64,000 nt of DNA from a bacterium (lineage in GTDB: Bacteria; Desulfobacterota; DSWW01), in the NCBI GenBank assembly GCA_040756235.1, contig JBFLZG010000090.1, forward strand, positions 1 to 64,000. Direction: 5' to 3'. Every line of letters starts with the position of its first letter. The first letter of the stretch is position 1. Positions 29,641 to 40,470 of this stretch are shown here, piece after piece. The translations under genes and the position numbers were made by a program. A model generated the notes under the pieces. That model was not told the origin of the DNA, ran no database searches, and was given only the letters and a program-made list of their open reading frames with translations.

Positions 29641-29787
29641 GTCATTCCCGCGCAAGCGGGAACATCCGGAGATTGCGAGCGTAGCGAAGCAACCTCCCGG
29701 ACTCAGGGGGTTGGGTCGGTCGCCTCGGGCTCCCTCGCAATGTCCGCTCATATTGCCGGCCGCACCGGCGGCCTTGGCCGGGATGAC
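29641..29787. repeat. Composite REP-like palindrome cluster (GTCATTCCCGCG-type and GATTGCGAG/CTCGCAAT-type)
   Basis: GTCATTCCCGCGCAAGCGGGAA...CGGGATGAC termini with internal ATTGCGAG...CTCGCAAT inverted arms. Confidence 0.65.
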
Positions 29788-29856
29788 CGCTTTCTCTTGA
29801 GCTTTTGCCTTCTAGCATGGATGCGCCGGGCAATACAAACCCGCATCCGCTCGTCC

Positions 29857-29885
29857 TTGATCCCGGGATGCAAATGGTCCATACT
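29857..29885 (+). promoter_or_regulatory. Possible sigma70 promoter of tkt
   Basis: TTGATC, 17 nt, CATACT, about 43 nt before the ATG. Confidence 0.4.
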
Positions 29886-29927
29886 TGTGCGCCGAACCGG
29901 CTTGGAAAACCGGAATGGAGACCGTCC

Positions 29928-31934
29928 ATGGCATTTCTGCTGAGCTGTGAAGCGGCCCGGAGGGCCGTCGATACTATCAAGATGCTCTCCGTCGAAATGA
30001 TTCAGCGCGCCAAATCCGGGCATCCGGGGATGCCCATGGGTTGTGCGGACCTCGTGTTCGTCCTCTGGATGAAGTTCCTCCGGCACTGTCCGGAAGATCC
30101 CGGCTGGATCAACCGCGACCGGTTCGTGCTCTCCGCGGGCCACGCGTCCGCGCTGCTCTACAGTCTGCTCCACCTGTTCGGCTACGCGCTGCCGGTCGAA
30201 CAGCTCCGGCGCTTCCGGCAGTGGGACTCCCTCACGCCGGGCCACCCGGAGCTGGGCCTCACTCCCGGAGTGGAGTCCACCGCAGGTCCTCTGGGACAAG
30301 GGTTCGCCTCCGCAGTCGGCCTGGCCGTGGCCGCCAAGATGGCCGCGGCGCGCGTCAACCGGAACGGGGTCCGGCTCCTGGACCACACGGTCTACGGGCT
30401 CTGCTCGGACGGGGACCTCATGGAAGGAGTCGCTTCCGAGGCGGCTTCCCTGGCCGGGCACCTGGGTCTCGACAATCTCGTCTGTCTCTATGATGACAAC
30501 CGGATCACGATCGAAGGCAGCACCGACCTCGCGTTCACCGAGGACCGGGGAAGGAGGTTCGAAGCCTACGGGTGGTTCGTGCAGCAGGTCGACGGCCACG
30601 ATCACGGCCGCATCGAAACGGCCCTGCGCGCGGCGCAGCAGGAGTCGTCCCGGCCGTCGTTGATCGTCGCCCGGACCTCGATCGCCAAGGGTGCTCCGAC
30701 CCTGGAGGGATCCTGCGAGACCCACGGCGCGCCGCTCGGGGAGGAAGAAGTCCGCCGCCTGCGGCAGCGGCTGGACTGGCCCGACGCGCCGTTCCATGTG
30801 CCGCCCGAAGTGCACTTTCTGTTCGAGGAGCGAAAGAACGAGCTGCGCGACCTCTATCGGGCCGACAGGGAAGCGATGGAAGCGGCCCTGGCCAAGGATC
30901 GGGAGCTGGCCCGTGTGCTCAATTTCCTGCTCGGGAAGAAGATTCCGGACGATCTGGAGGGACCGTTTCTTGCCGCCGTGAGCGGGACGGCCAAAGAGGC
31001 CACGCGGGTATCTTCCGGCAAGATTCTTCAGAAAGCGGCGGCCCTGGTCCCGGGGATTTGCGGCGGTTCCGCCGACCTGGCGCCGTCGAACAAGACGTTC
31101 ATCAAGGGGGAGGCGGCCGTTGCCCGGGGCGATTTCCGCGGCCGCAACTTCCACTTCGGCGTACGGGAGCACGGCATGGCCGGCCTGTGCAACGGGCTGG
31201 CCCTCTACGGCGGCTGGATTCCGTACGCGGGGACGTTTCTGGTGTTCGCGGACTACATGAGACCTTCGATCCGCCTGGCCGCCCTCATGGGGCTGCAGGT
31301 GATCTACGTGTTCACGCACGACAGTCTGTTCGTCGGCGAGGACGGCCCCACGCACCAGCCGGTGGAGCACCTGGCAACCCTGCGCGCCATGCCCGGGCTG
31401 GTGACGATCCGCCCGGCGGACGCGACCGAGACGGCGGCCGCCTGGGCCGTGGCGCTGAGGCGCACCGGTGGTCCGACCGCGCTCTGCCTGAGCCGCCAGG
31501 GCCTGCCGGTCCTGGATCGATCGATCTACCCGGACGCCCGCAACGCGGCCCGTGGGGCCTACGTTCTGTCCGACTGCGACGGCGCGCCGGAGGTTCTGCT
31601 CATCGCCACCGGCTCGGAGGTGCACCTCGCCCTGCAAGTCCAGTCCTCCCTGGCCGAGGAGAGCAGGAAGGCGCGGGTCGTCTCGATGCCGAGCCGGGAG
31701 CTTTTCGAGCAGCAGGATGCTTCTTACCGCGATTCGGTCCTCCCCGCCCGGGTGCGGAAGCGGGTCGTGATCGAGGCGGCCTCGCCCTTCGGGTGGGACC
31801 GCTACCTCCAGCCCGAGGGGCTCATGATCGGGGTGGAGCGTTTCGGGAAATCGGCGCCGTACGAGGTCCTGGCCGAGAAATACGGGTTCACCCGGGAGAG
31901 CATCCTGGCCAGGATACATAATAACTTACTTTGA
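29928..31934 (+). CDS. tkt: Transketolase
   Basis: SGHPGMPMG, RDRFVLSAGH, GPLGQG, SDGDLMEG, FGVREHGM, THDS, EDGPTHQPVE. Confidence 0.97.
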   Translation: MAFLLSCEAARRAVDTIKMLSVEMIQRAKSGHPGMPMGCADLVFVLWMKFLRHCPEDPGWINRDRFVLSAGHASALLYSLLHLFGYALPVEQLRRFRQWDSLTPGHPELGLTPGVESTAGPLGQGFASAVGLAVAAKMAAARVNRNGVRLLDHTVYGLCSDGDLMEGVASEAASLAGHLGLDNLVCLYDDNRITIEGSTDLAFTEDRGRRFEAYGWFVQQVDGHDHGRIETALRAAQQESSRPSLIVARTSIAKGAPTLEGSCETHGAPLGEEEVRRLRQRLDWPDAPFHVPPEVHFLFEERKNELRDLYRADREAMEAALAKDRELARVLNFLLGKKIPDDLEGPFLAAVSGTAKEATRVSSGKILQKAAALVPGICGGSADLAPSNKTFIKGEAAVARGDFRGRNFHFGVREHGMAGLCNGLALYGGWIPYAGTFLVFADYMRPSIRLAALMGLQVIYVFTHDSLFVGEDGPTHQPVEHLATLRAMPGLVTIRPADATETAAAWAVALRRTGGPTALCLSRQGLPVLDRSIYPDARNAARGAYVLSDCDGAPEVLLIATGSEVHLALQVQSSLAEESRKARVVSMPSRELFEQQDASYRDSVLPARVRKRVVIEAASPFGWDRYLQPEGLMIGVERFGKSAPYEVLAEKYGFTRESILARIHNNLL

Positions 31935-32016
31935 ATATGCTTCCTAAGGGACTAAACGTCCTGAATAAAATAGAGTGTCAGGTCGCAGGATCATGCCACG
32001 GAAAGGGGGATCCCAC

Positions 32017-33210
32017 ATGAAAGACAGAAGGTACATCTTCACGAGCGAGTCCGTGACCGAGGGGCACCCGGACAAGATGTGCGATCAGATCAGCGACGCG
32101 GTGCTGGACGCCGCCTTGGAGAATGACCCGCAGTCCCGGGTCGCCTGCGAATGTCTGATCAAGACGGGCTTCGTCATCGTGGCCGGGGAGATCACGACCC
32201 GGACCTACATCGATATCCCGGCCATCGTGCGGCAGACGATCCGTGAGATCGGCTACGACGACCCCTCCTACGGATTCGACTCGGAAGGGTGCGGCGTCCT
32301 GACCTCGATCAGCGAGCAGAGCCCGGACATCGCACAGGGCGTCGATGCGGGGACGGCGCACGAGCAGGGCGCCGGCGACCAGGGGTTGATGTTCGGCCTG
32401 GCCGTGCGTGAGACGCCGGAGTTGATGCCCCTTTCCATCACCCTGGCTCACCGCCTGTCCAGGCGGCTGGCGCACGTGCGCAAGAAGAACGTGCTGCCGT
32501 ACCTGCGGCCGGACGGCAAGACGGAGGTGGCGCTCGAATACTTGAACGGTGTGCCGGTGCGGGTCGACACCGTGGTGGTCGCGGCGCAGCACGATCCCAA
32601 GACCCGGCTTCCCCTGCTCCGCCGGGACATCATGGAAAAGGTGATCAAACCGGTCTGCGGCGCCTATCTGGACGACAAGACCCGTTACTTCATCAACGGC
32701 ACCGGCAAGTTCGTGATGGGGGGACCCGTGGCCGATGCGGGCCTGACCGGCCGCAAGATCATCAGCGACACGTACGGCGGCCACGGAAGCCACGGCGGGG
32801 GCGCCTTCTCGGGCAAGGACCCGAGCAAGGTCGACCGCTCCGGGAGCTACGCGGCGCGGTACATGGCCAAGAACATCGTCGCCGCCGGGCTCGCGGACCG
32901 CTGCGAGGTGCAGGTTGCGTACGTGATCGGCGTCGCCGATCCGGTCTCTCTACTGGTCAACACGTACGGTACCTGCAAGCTGCCGGAAGACGAGATCGAG
33001 GACATGGTGCGGGAGCTTTTCCCCCTGAAACCCGCGGCCATCATCCGCGACTTGAAGCTGAAGCGCCCCATTTACCGCAAGACCGCCGCTTACGGACACT
33101 TCGGCCGTAAAGACCCGGACTTCACCTGGGAGCGCACGGACAAGGTCGCGGCGCTGAGGAAACTGGCCGGGCTGACGAAGGGCAACAACAGCGTGGCGAG
33201 CGCAGCCTGA
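32017..33210 (+). CDS. metK: S-adenosylmethionine synthase
   Basis: [49 protein letters not shown]. Confidence 0.98.
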   Translation: MKDRRYIFTSESVTEGHPDKMCDQISDAVLDAALENDPQSRVACECLIKTGFVIVAGEITTRTYIDIPAIVRQTIREIGYDDPSYGFDSEGCGVLTSISEQSPDIAQGVDAGTAHEQGAGDQGLMFGLAVRETPELMPLSITLAHRLSRRLAHVRKKNVLPYLRPDGKTEVALEYLNGVPVRVDTVVVAAQHDPKTRLPLLRRDIMEKVIKPVCGAYLDDKTRYFINGTGKFVMGGPVADAGLTGRKIISDTYGGHGSHGGGAFSGKDPSKVDRSGSYAARYMAKNIVAAGLADRCEVQVAYVIGVADPVSLLVNTYGTCKLPEDEIEDMVRELFPLKPAAIIRDLKLKRPIYRKTAAYGHFGRKDPDFTWERTDKVAALRKLAGLTKGNNSVASAA

Positions 33211-33224
33211 GAAGCGGGCGCCAC

Positions 33225-33320
33225 CAGGCTGCGGGTGTCAGGTATCGGCCCGCCCAAGAACCCAAGTGATGGATGCCCTCATCTGGCCGAAACCTGATAC
33301 CTGATACCTGATACCTGACC
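33225..33320. repeat. Inverted pair of degenerate heptamer tandem tracts
   Basis: CAGGCTG CGGGTGT CAGGTAT CGG ... CCGAAAC (CTGATAC)x3 CTGACC. Confidence 0.75.
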
Positions 33321-33362
33321 CATTTCAGTATCCTATTCGACGTAAGGCCTGGGAGCAGTGGA

Positions 33363-34010
33363 ATGAAAATCTTCCTGGACACAGCCAACGTGGATCAGAT
33401 TCGCGAGGCCCATGCTCTCGGGATCATCGACGGGGTGACCACCAACCCGAGCCTGATCGCCCGGGAGGGTCGCGACTTCCGCCGGGTGGTGGAGGAGATC
33501 TGCGCCATCGTAGACGGACCGGTCAGCGCCGAGGCCGTCAGCCCCGACGCACCGGCCATGGTCGCCGAGGCCGAGGCGCTGAGCCGGATCCACGAGAACA
33601 TCGTGGTCAAGATCCCCATGACCGCCGCAGGGCTGAAAGCAGTGGGGAGCTGCAGCCGGAAGGGGATCCGGACGAACGTGACGCTCGTCTTCTCGCCCGC
33701 GCAGGCCCTGCTGGCCGCCAAGGCCGGTGCGACGTACGTTTCCCCGTTCGTAGGCAGGCTCGACGACGTCAGCCAGGACGGCATGGAGCTGATCGATCAG
33801 ATCGTGACCATCTACGAGAACTACGGCTACGCGACCGAGATCATCGTGGCCTCGGTGCGAAACCCTCTGCACGTCGTCCAGGCCGCCCTTCTCGGCGCGC
33901 ACGTCGCGACGGTCCCTTTCAACGTGCTCATGCAACTGGTCGAGCATCCGCTGACCGATATCGGCATCCGCAAGTTTCTGGCTGACTGGAAGAAGGTGCC
34001 GTCCCGGTGA
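33363..34010 (+). CDS. tal: Transaldolase (TalC/Fsa family)
   Basis: [22 protein letters not shown] (Schiff-base Lys), SPFVGRLDD; Glu and Phe at the diagnostic positions favour transaldolase over Fsa. Confidence 0.93.
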   Translation: MKIFLDTANVDQIREAHALGIIDGVTTNPSLIAREGRDFRRVVEEICAIVDGPVSAEAVSPDAPAMVAEAEALSRIHENIVVKIPMTAAGLKAVGSCSRKGIRTNVTLVFSPAQALLAAKAGATYVSPFVGRLDDVSQDGMELIDQIVTIYENYGYATEIIVASVRNPLHVVQAALLGAHVATVPFNVLMQLVEHPLTDIGIRKFLADWKKVPSR

Positions 34011-34335
34011 GGCCGGTGATCGACCGCCAGCTCCTGCACTCGGCTCCCCCAACCGCATGAGTCTTCCCTCCATTCGCGTCCGGGCGTTCTGAGCAGCCCG
34101 ACAGACCCGCTCTCGGGGTGTCCTCGGCTGTTCGGAAGGCCGGCCTCATTTGCGAGGGGCCCCCTTCCCCCTTATTTTCGTTGATTCCGGGGTTCCATGC
34201 TGGCAGAATGAGCGTTCCCATTCCATCATCAGCCATCTTGAAATATATAACGTATGTCTGCTGCGGCCCGTGCTCCGAGAAGCAAGTCGGAAGGGAGCCT
34301 TCCGGGGGCGGCCCGATGGAGGAACAGCAGAGGAG

Positions 34336-37053
34336 ATGCCCGAGGAAAAGGACGACGCCCAGGGGGCGGGCGAGCACGCAAGCGGCTGGCTGCAGGCTTT
34401 GCTGGAGGCCATGCCTCAGGGGATGATGGTCTCGGACCTGGCCGGAAAGATCGTGGCCATGAACCGGACAGCGCTCGAGCTGCACCGGTTCACGAGCATG
34501 GACGAGGTCGGAACAGGGCCGAGCCGCCGCGCGGATGCGTACGAGGTCAGCAATCTTGGCGGGGAGGTGATATCGTTCGAGGAGTCGCCGCTGGGCCGTG
34601 TGCTGCGGGGGGACACTTTCTCCGACGCCGAAGTGCGGCTGATCCGCAAAGACACCGGACAGGCGCGGATCTACTCCTACTCCTCGGCTCCGGTGCTGGA
34701 CCGGACCGGCCGGCCGGTCCTGGCCCTCACGAGCGTCCGGGACTTGACCGCGCAGCGGGCCACGGAGCAGGCACTGCGCGAGAGCGAGGAGCGGTGGCGC
34801 GCCCTCATGGACCATGTGCCGGCGCCGATCCAGGGCTACCGAGGCGATGGAACGGTCACGTACTGGAATCGGGCGAGTGAACGGCTCTACGGCTACTCCG
34901 CAGCCGAGGCCATCGGCAGGAACCTGGGCGACCTGATCATTCCGCCTGAGGTGCAGGCCGATTTTCGCAAGGCCTTGACGATTGGGGCCGAGCTCAGCGC
35001 GTCGCGAGAATTCCTGCCCCCAGCGGAGCTCGAGCTGCTCTGCAAAGACGGGACCCGTGTACCCGTGCATTCCACCCACACGGCCGTATGCAGCCCGGAC
35101 TCTCCGCCCACCCTGTTTTGTCTCGACTTGGACCTGTCCGAGCGCAAGCGCATGGAGCAGGCGCTGCGCGAGAGCGAACAGCGGCTGCAGGCCATGGTTC
35201 AGAACCTGTCGGATATCATTGTGATCGTCGAGCCGGATGGGACCAGACGCTATACCAGTGCCGCCGTTGAACGTTCCCTCGGGTACGCCCCCGCGGAGCT
35301 CGTCGGTCGCAGCATCTTTGAATTCATTCATTCCGAGGATCGGGAACGGGTGAGAGCGGATTTCGAGCGGTGCGTACGGACAGCGGATGCGGTGTCCAGG
35401 ACGGAGATGTGCGTGCAGGCCAGGGACGGCTCCTGGCGCTACTACGAGTGCGTCTGCCAGAACCTGCTCGACAAGCCGCCGATCCACGGCATGCTCTTGA
35501 CCTCCCGGGACATCACCGAACGCAGGCGCACGGAGGAGGCTTTCATTGCCAGCGAGGAGCGCTTCCGCATCGCGGAGAAGATCGCCCGGATGGGGCACTT
35601 CGAGTGGGACACGGTCAACGACTCGATCGTCGCGTCCCCGTCACTCGAAATGATTCACGGGCTACGGCCAGGGTCTTTTCGGGGCGGCTTCAAACGATGG
35701 CTGGAGCTGGTCCATCCCGACGACAGGGAGAGAGTCCGGGTGATCCCTCCGGTCGCCTTCGCTCAGGAGCGAGAAGAGGAAAGCTTCGAGCTGCGGATCG
35801 TTCGACCGGACGGCGAGCCGCGATGGCTGAAAGTACAGGCGAGGGCCAGCTACGGTCCGAACGGGACACCGGTCCGCGTCCTGGGGGCCATGACCGACAT
35901 CACGGAGCGCAAGAGGACGGAGCAGGCGCTCCGTGAAAGCGAAGAGCGCTTACGGCTGGCGACCGATGCAGCGGGTCTGTCCACCTGGGACGTAGACATG
36001 CGGACCGGGGACGTCGTCTGGTCAGACAGGCATTTCCGACTCTTCGGGTACGAGCCGACGGCCGGCGGGAAGGCCACCCTCGAGATGTGGCGTTCCCGGG
36101 TACATCCGGAGGACCTGGAAGCCGTCATCGCGGCCATCGAGAGAGCCGAATGCCAGGCGGGATACTATTCTCTCGAGCACCGGGTGGTTCGAGCCGATGG
36201 CGGCGAAACCATCTGGGTCCGTGTGCTTGGCCGTTTTCTGTATGACGAAAAGGCGCACCCCGCGCGTTTCGTCGGAGTCATATTCGACATCACCGAGCGC
36301 AAGCTGGCCGAAGACAAACTCTCCCTCGAGCGTGACAGACTGGAAGTGCATGTCCAGGAACGCACGGCCGAGCTGGCGAAAGCTCATAGAAAATTGCGGC
36401 AGCTTTCCGCCCATCTGCTGGAAACACTCGAAAACGAAAGAAGGTTGCTCTCCAAAGAGATCCATGACAGCGTGGGGCAAGTCCTGGCGGCCGTCAAGTA
36501 CAGGGTGGAGGAAGGGCTCCTGCAGGTAGGGAAAGGAAAGGTCAGGGCGAAGCTCGAGCCCCTGGAGGCCATCATCCCGACCATCCAGAGGAGCATCGAG
36601 GAGGTGCGCAGGATCCAGACCTCTCTGCGCCCGCTGATTCTGGACGAGCTCGGTCTCCTGTCAACCATTCAGTGGTTCTGCCGAGAGTTCGAAAAGACTT
36701 TTCCTCGCCTCCGCGTGGAATCCGACGTGCAACTGAAGGAAAGCCAGCTCCCGCCGCCCCTCAAGAACGTCGTCTTTCGAATCCTCCAGGAAGCCATGAA
36801 CAATGCAGGCAAACACGGCGCAGCAGGCCTCGTGCGGCTCCGTTTGCGGAAGACCCGTTCCAGCATCGAGCTGGTCATCCAGGATGACGGCCAGGGTTTC
36901 GATCTGAAGAAAGCTCAGAACGTGGGAGTGTTCGAGAGGGGCCTCGGGCTTTCCAGCATGCGGGAACGCGCCGAGCTGTCGGGCGGCTCCTGCCGCATCC
37001 GATCCGCAGAAGGGAAGGGGACGACGGTCCGCGCCTGCTGGCCCGTGCGGTGA
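34336..37053 (+). CDS. Cytoplasmic multi-PAS sensor histidine kinase (HisKA_3/NarX-UhpB type)
   Basis: About five PAS/PAC units ending DITER or similar, ERRLLSKEIHDSVGQ, LRPLILDELGL, QEAMNN, DDGQGF, GLGLSSMRER; AGGAG RBS at MPEEKD. Confidence 0.92.
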   Translation: MPEEKDDAQGAGEHASGWLQALLEAMPQGMMVSDLAGKIVAMNRTALELHRFTSMDEVGTGPSRRADAYEVSNLGGEVISFEESPLGRVLRGDTFSDAEVRLIRKDTGQARIYSYSSAPVLDRTGRPVLALTSVRDLTAQRATEQALRESEERWRALMDHVPAPIQGYRGDGTVTYWNRASERLYGYSAAEAIGRNLGDLIIPPEVQADFRKALTIGAELSASREFLPPAELELLCKDGTRVPVHSTHTAVCSPDSPPTLFCLDLDLSERKRMEQALRESEQRLQAMVQNLSDIIVIVEPDGTRRYTSAAVERSLGYAPAELVGRSIFEFIHSEDRERVRADFERCVRTADAVSRTEMCVQARDGSWRYYECVCQNLLDKPPIHGMLLTSRDITERRRTEEAFIASEERFRIAEKIARMGHFEWDTVNDSIVASPSLEMIHGLRPGSFRGGFKRWLELVHPDDRERVRVIPPVAFAQEREEESFELRIVRPDGEPRWLKVQARASYGPNGTPVRVLGAMTDITERKRTEQALRESEERLRLATDAAGLSTWDVDMRTGDVVWSDRHFRLFGYEPTAGGKATLEMWRSRVHPEDLEAVIAAIERAECQAGYYSLEHRVVRADGGETIWVRVLGRFLYDEKAHPARFVGVIFDITERKLAEDKLSLERDRLEVHVQERTAELAKAHRKLRQLSAHLLETLENERRLLSKEIHDSVGQVLAAVKYRVEEGLLQVGKGKVRAKLEPLEAIIPTIQRSIEEVRRIQTSLRPLILDELGLLSTIQWFCREFEKTFPRLRVESDVQLKESQLPPPLKNVVFRILQEAMNNAGKHGAAGLVRLRLRKTRSSIELVIQDDGQGFDLKKAQNVGVFERGLGLSSMRERAELSGGSCRIRSAEGKGTTVRACWPVR

Positions 37054-37054
37054 G

Positions 37055-38635
37055 TTACCCGGGGTTCAGCTTCCTGTAGATGCCCTTGGTCTTCCTGTGG
37101 ATCTCGAGAAAGCGCTGAAACAGCTCGTCATAAACGGCACGGTTCTCCGGCCGGGGGGCATAGGTCTTGGCGATGCGGACCAGGCCGGGGATGTCGTCGA
37201 AGGTAATCCAGCCCAGGCCGACCGCCGCGATCCACGCGGCCCCGCGGGCGTTCGCGCACAGGGGGTCGCGCACCTGGCGGATTTCCCTGTCCAGAACGTC
37301 TGCCAGGATCTGGCACCAGATGGCCGACTTCGCGCCGCCGCCCACCAGGTGCAGGGGGTCGAGCTTCCTGCGCACGAACTTCTCCACGCACGCGAGACTC
37401 CAGCGGGTGTTGTAGGCCACCCCTTCCATGACGGCGCGGACGACGTGATCCATGGTGGTCGTCTTCGAGATGTTGTGCAGGCCTCCCCGAAGGGCGCCGT
37501 CGTCCACCGGTGTCCGTTCTCCGTTGAGCCAGGGCGTGAAGATCAGCTTGTGGCTGCCGGCCGGCACCTCGCCTGCGACCGCGTCCAGGGTCCCGTAGAC
37601 GTCTTCGGGTCTGGCGCGCGCCGGCAGGAAGCGGTTCGGGTGGAAGAGGAGGTTCTCGGCCAGAAACCCGAGGCAGCCGCCCGCGAGGTCCTGCTCGTTG
37701 ACGCACTGGTACTTTCCGGGTATCGCCGTCGGGAAGGAAGCGATCGCGTGCAGGATGTCGGTGCGCTTGAAGGGGACGATGCACTCGACCCACGAGGAAG
37801 TCCCGATATAGACGTGCCCCTCGTAGTCCCGGACCGCGCCCGAACCGATGCAGGCCGACTGGTGGTCCGGAGAACCCGCGACCACCTTCACGCCCGGGTC
37901 GAGCCCGATTTCGCCCGCCACTGCGGCCGCAAGCGTCCCGAGCACGTCGGTGGGCGCACAAAGGGGTGGCAGCTTGTCGCGGTCGATGCCCAGCTTCCGC
38001 AGCAGGCCATCGTCGTAGTGCACGCGGCGGATGTCGCGGGTGTCGGTCAGCCAGAACAGGTGCATGGAGTCGAAGCTGGCCGCGAACCGGCCGGTGAGGC
38101 GCAGGTTCAGGTAGTCCTTGCTCGGCAGGAACATGTGGGTGCTTCTGTAGACATCCGGAAACTCGTTCTTCCACAGCAGCACGTGGGCGATGTCATCCTT
38201 GCCGGTCAGGGAAGGGCAGCCGGCGGTCTTGGGAATCCAGTCGAGGAGCTTGGAGACGCCGTACCCCTGAATGCCGGGAAAGCCCTTCATCAGGGCGGTC
38301 ACGTAAGGCGCACCTCGGGAATCCATCCAGGTCAGGGACGGTCCCAGGGCATCTCCATGCCGGTCGACCGCGACCGTGCTGGAGAAGGTGCTCGACACGC
38401 AGACCGCCGCGATCTCCCGGGCCGGGACCGATCCCCTTTGCACCAGCCTCTTGCAGGTGGCCAGGAGCGCGTTCCACCAGTCCTCGGCATCCTGCTCGGC
38501 GCCGCCGCCCGGCAGGAAGCGCATGGGGGTCGCCCGGAAGTCCGTGTCCGTCACCTCTCCGCGGTCGGAGACGATGGAGGTCTTCACTCCCGTCGTGCCG
38601 TGATCGACCGCCAGGACGTACCTTGCCCCCTGCAT
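37055..38635 (-). CDS. FGGY family carbohydrate kinase (xylulokinase-like)
   Basis: LAVDHGTTGVK, WMDSRG, YIGTSSW, PWLNGERTP, RAVMEGVAYN, VGGGAKS. Confidence 0.92.
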   Translation of the reverse strand: MQGARYVLAVDHGTTGVKTSIVSDRGEVTDTDFRATPMRFLPGGGAEQDAEDWWNALLATCKRLVQRGSVPAREIAAVCVSSTFSSTVAVDRHGDALGPSLTWMDSRGAPYVTALMKGFPGIQGYGVSKLLDWIPKTAGCPSLTGKDDIAHVLLWKNEFPDVYRSTHMFLPSKDYLNLRLTGRFAASFDSMHLFWLTDTRDIRRVHYDDGLLRKLGIDRDKLPPLCAPTDVLGTLAAAVAGEIGLDPGVKVVAGSPDHQSACIGSGAVRDYEGHVYIGTSSWVECIVPFKRTDILHAIASFPTAIPGKYQCVNEQDLAGGCLGFLAENLLFHPNRFLPARARPEDVYGTLDAVAGEVPAGSHKLIFTPWLNGERTPVDDGALRGGLHNISKTTTMDHVVRAVMEGVAYNTRWSLACVEKFVRRKLDPLHLVGGGAKSAIWCQILADVLDREIRQVRDPLCANARGAAWIAAVGLGWITFDDIPGLVRIAKTYAPRPENRAVYDELFQRFLEIHRKTKGIYRKLNPG

Positions 38636-38654
38636 GTCCGCGTCCTCCCCGAAC

Positions 38655-38686
38655 CAGCTGTCAGTTGCCAGTTATCAGTTGCCAGC
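38655..38686. repeat. Heptamer tandem tract (left arm)
   Basis: CAGCTGT CAGTTGC CAGTTAT CAGTTGC CAGC. Confidence 0.7.
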
Positions 38687-38715
38687 AAAGAAGGGACAAG
38701 CCGGATGATCAGGCG

Positions 38716-38985
38716 GAGCGCGGTGGGTGAAACGCCCTCGATCGTCTCGGGCTCAGAACGCTCCGGCCGTTCTCCTCCCAGGGGTCGGAGACCAGCGCCT
38801 CTTGGGGTGGATCGACTGTTTCGTCCCTCGTCCCTGGCCGGGTGCAGCGGGACGCACCCCCTACGCCCGAAAGTCGGGCTCGAGCGCCAGATATCGGGAA
38901 ACAACCCTGCGTTCCCCGGCCTGCGGGACTCGGGACGGCCTCCGCGACTCGCCCTCGCCTCCTCGTGCGTGCACCCACCGCACTC
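38716..38985 (-). repeat. Full copy of the ~260-nt structured repeat (reverse orientation)
   Basis: Termini GAGCGCGGTGGGTG...CACCCACCGCACTC; internal blocks shared with 48084-48351 and 50775-51031. Confidence 0.9.
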
Positions 38986-39082
38986 TCTGAGGAATGCCCT
39001 CGGGGTGCGACCAAGGTGGTCTCCGGTAACGGACCGGCTGTCGCAAGCGAAGGGATGAGTGCAGGGATGGTGGGCGGAGGGG

Positions 39083-39112
39083 CCTGATACCCGACACCTG
39101 AAGCCTGACAGC
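39083..39112. repeat. Heptamer tandem tract (right arm)
   Basis: CCTGATA CCCGACA CCTGAAG CCTGACA GC. Confidence 0.7.
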
Positions 39113-39120
39113 TTGCTTTC

Positions 39121-40335
39121 TCAGATCTGGATCGGCGCAACTTTTCCGTTTTCGTCCACCATCTCCGCGAGGAGGCCGCCTTCCTTGTCCCCCTCCGCCC
39201 GATCGGCTCCCAGCTGCTTGTACAGGGCGAAGAAGTCCGCGGGGGCCACGCAAGCCTCCGGAGGCAGCACGCCCTTGGCCGTAACCTTGCCCTGCTGGAG
39301 CAGGATCGCGCCCATGGCCGCCGGCACGCCGGTGCCCTCGCCGAGGGCCCTGCCCCTGGAGGCGGAGTGGATCCGGTACTCGCGGTATGCGCCTTCCTTC
39401 CTGCCTTTGACGATGACCGACATGGCACCTCGCTGCTCGCCGAAGTTCTGGGCCCGGAGGATCCTGTCGCGCTCGCGGATGATGTAGGCGACGGCGAAGT
39501 CGTGAGGCACGACCTGCCGGTCCCCGACCTGCAAGGGCTCCTTGCGGGCCAGGCCTGCCCGGCACAGGGTCGAGATCAGCTCGTAGTACTCGATGGGCAG
39601 GACCGATCCCTTGTTCGTCACCTGACGGGTCTTGATGTACTTCGGCAGGGTCACCTGTTCGGGGTGAGGATACGGGAACACGGGCACCGTGCCCACCACC
39701 GGAAAATCGAACGTCTGCCTGAGGGCGAGGCCGTCCGGCTCGAAGAACTTCACGTACTTCAGCTCCCCATTCAGGAACATGGGGATATCGATGCTCATGC
39801 AGTGAAAGCGGTGGCCGATGACGCCCGGGCCTTCGACCGGCTCCCCGCCGTGGGTGTGGAAGATGTCGATGGAATCGGTCTCGTCGAGCAGGTTGTCGGC
39901 GACGAACTTTGCAAACAGGTTCGTTGCGCCCGGGGAGGCGCCCATCCCGATGAGAGCGGTGATGCCCGCGCGTTTGGCATCGGCGTCGAGTCGGAAGATG
40001 TCGAGCGTCACGTCCACGTCGTCGCAGATGTCGACGTACGGAATGCCGGCCCCGATGACCGTCTCGAGGACCGTCTTGACGGTCTTGTAGAAGGGGCCCA
40101 CGCAGTTCAGCACGATGTCGCAGCCCCGGATCGCTTCCCGGATGCTGTCGGGATCGTCGGCATGGAGCTTGACCGCCGAGACCCGCGAGGAGGACAGCGC
40201 GGACGCGAGCTGACGCGCCTTCTCCAGGTTCAGGTCGCCGATGCGGACCTCGGAGAACAGATCGTGCAGGGCCAGCGTCTTGAGCGCGACGCTGCCCACC
40301 ACACCGCAACCGCCGAGAACGATCGCTCTGGCCAT
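39121..40335 (-). CDS. Saccharopine dehydrogenase / lysine 6-dehydrogenase family protein
   Basis: VLGGCGVVG, LNCVGPFY, YVDICDD, GMGASPGATN, HPEQVTLP, GVLPPE. Confidence 0.9.
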   Translation of the reverse strand: MARAIVLGGCGVVGSVALKTLALHDLFSEVRIGDLNLEKARQLASALSSSRVSAVKLHADDPDSIREAIRGCDIVLNCVGPFYKTVKTVLETVIGAGIPYVDICDDVDVTLDIFRLDADAKRAGITALIGMGASPGATNLFAKFVADNLLDETDSIDIFHTHGGEPVEGPGVIGHRFHCMSIDIPMFLNGELKYVKFFEPDGLALRQTFDFPVVGTVPVFPYPHPEQVTLPKYIKTRQVTNKGSVLPIEYYELISTLCRAGLARKEPLQVGDRQVVPHDFAVAYIIRERDRILRAQNFGEQRGAMSVIVKGRKEGAYREYRIHSASRGRALGEGTGVPAAMGAILLQQGKVTAKGVLPPEACVAPADFFALYKQLGADRAEGDKEGGLLAEMVDENGKVAPIQI

Positions 40336-40350
40336 GGTGCCCTCCGGAGA

Positions 40351-40470
40351 CAGGTGTCGGGTATCAGGTTGCGGCTGTCAGGAAGAACCCCGGACTCAGG
40401 CAAACGCATCGGATCGCGAGACGATCGCCATCCATTCAGCCGGCGACAACTGACGACCGTCAACCGACAG
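40351..40470. repeat. Inverted pair of degenerate heptamer tracts
   Basis: CAGGTGT CGGGTAT CAGGTTG CGGCTGT CAGG ... GACAACT GACGACC GTCAACC GACAG. Confidence 0.6.

Noticed and set aside
31935..32016. SAM riboswitch upstream of metK
   Set aside because: The gap is only about 80 nt, AT-rich and promoter-like, with no S-box or SAM-II core.
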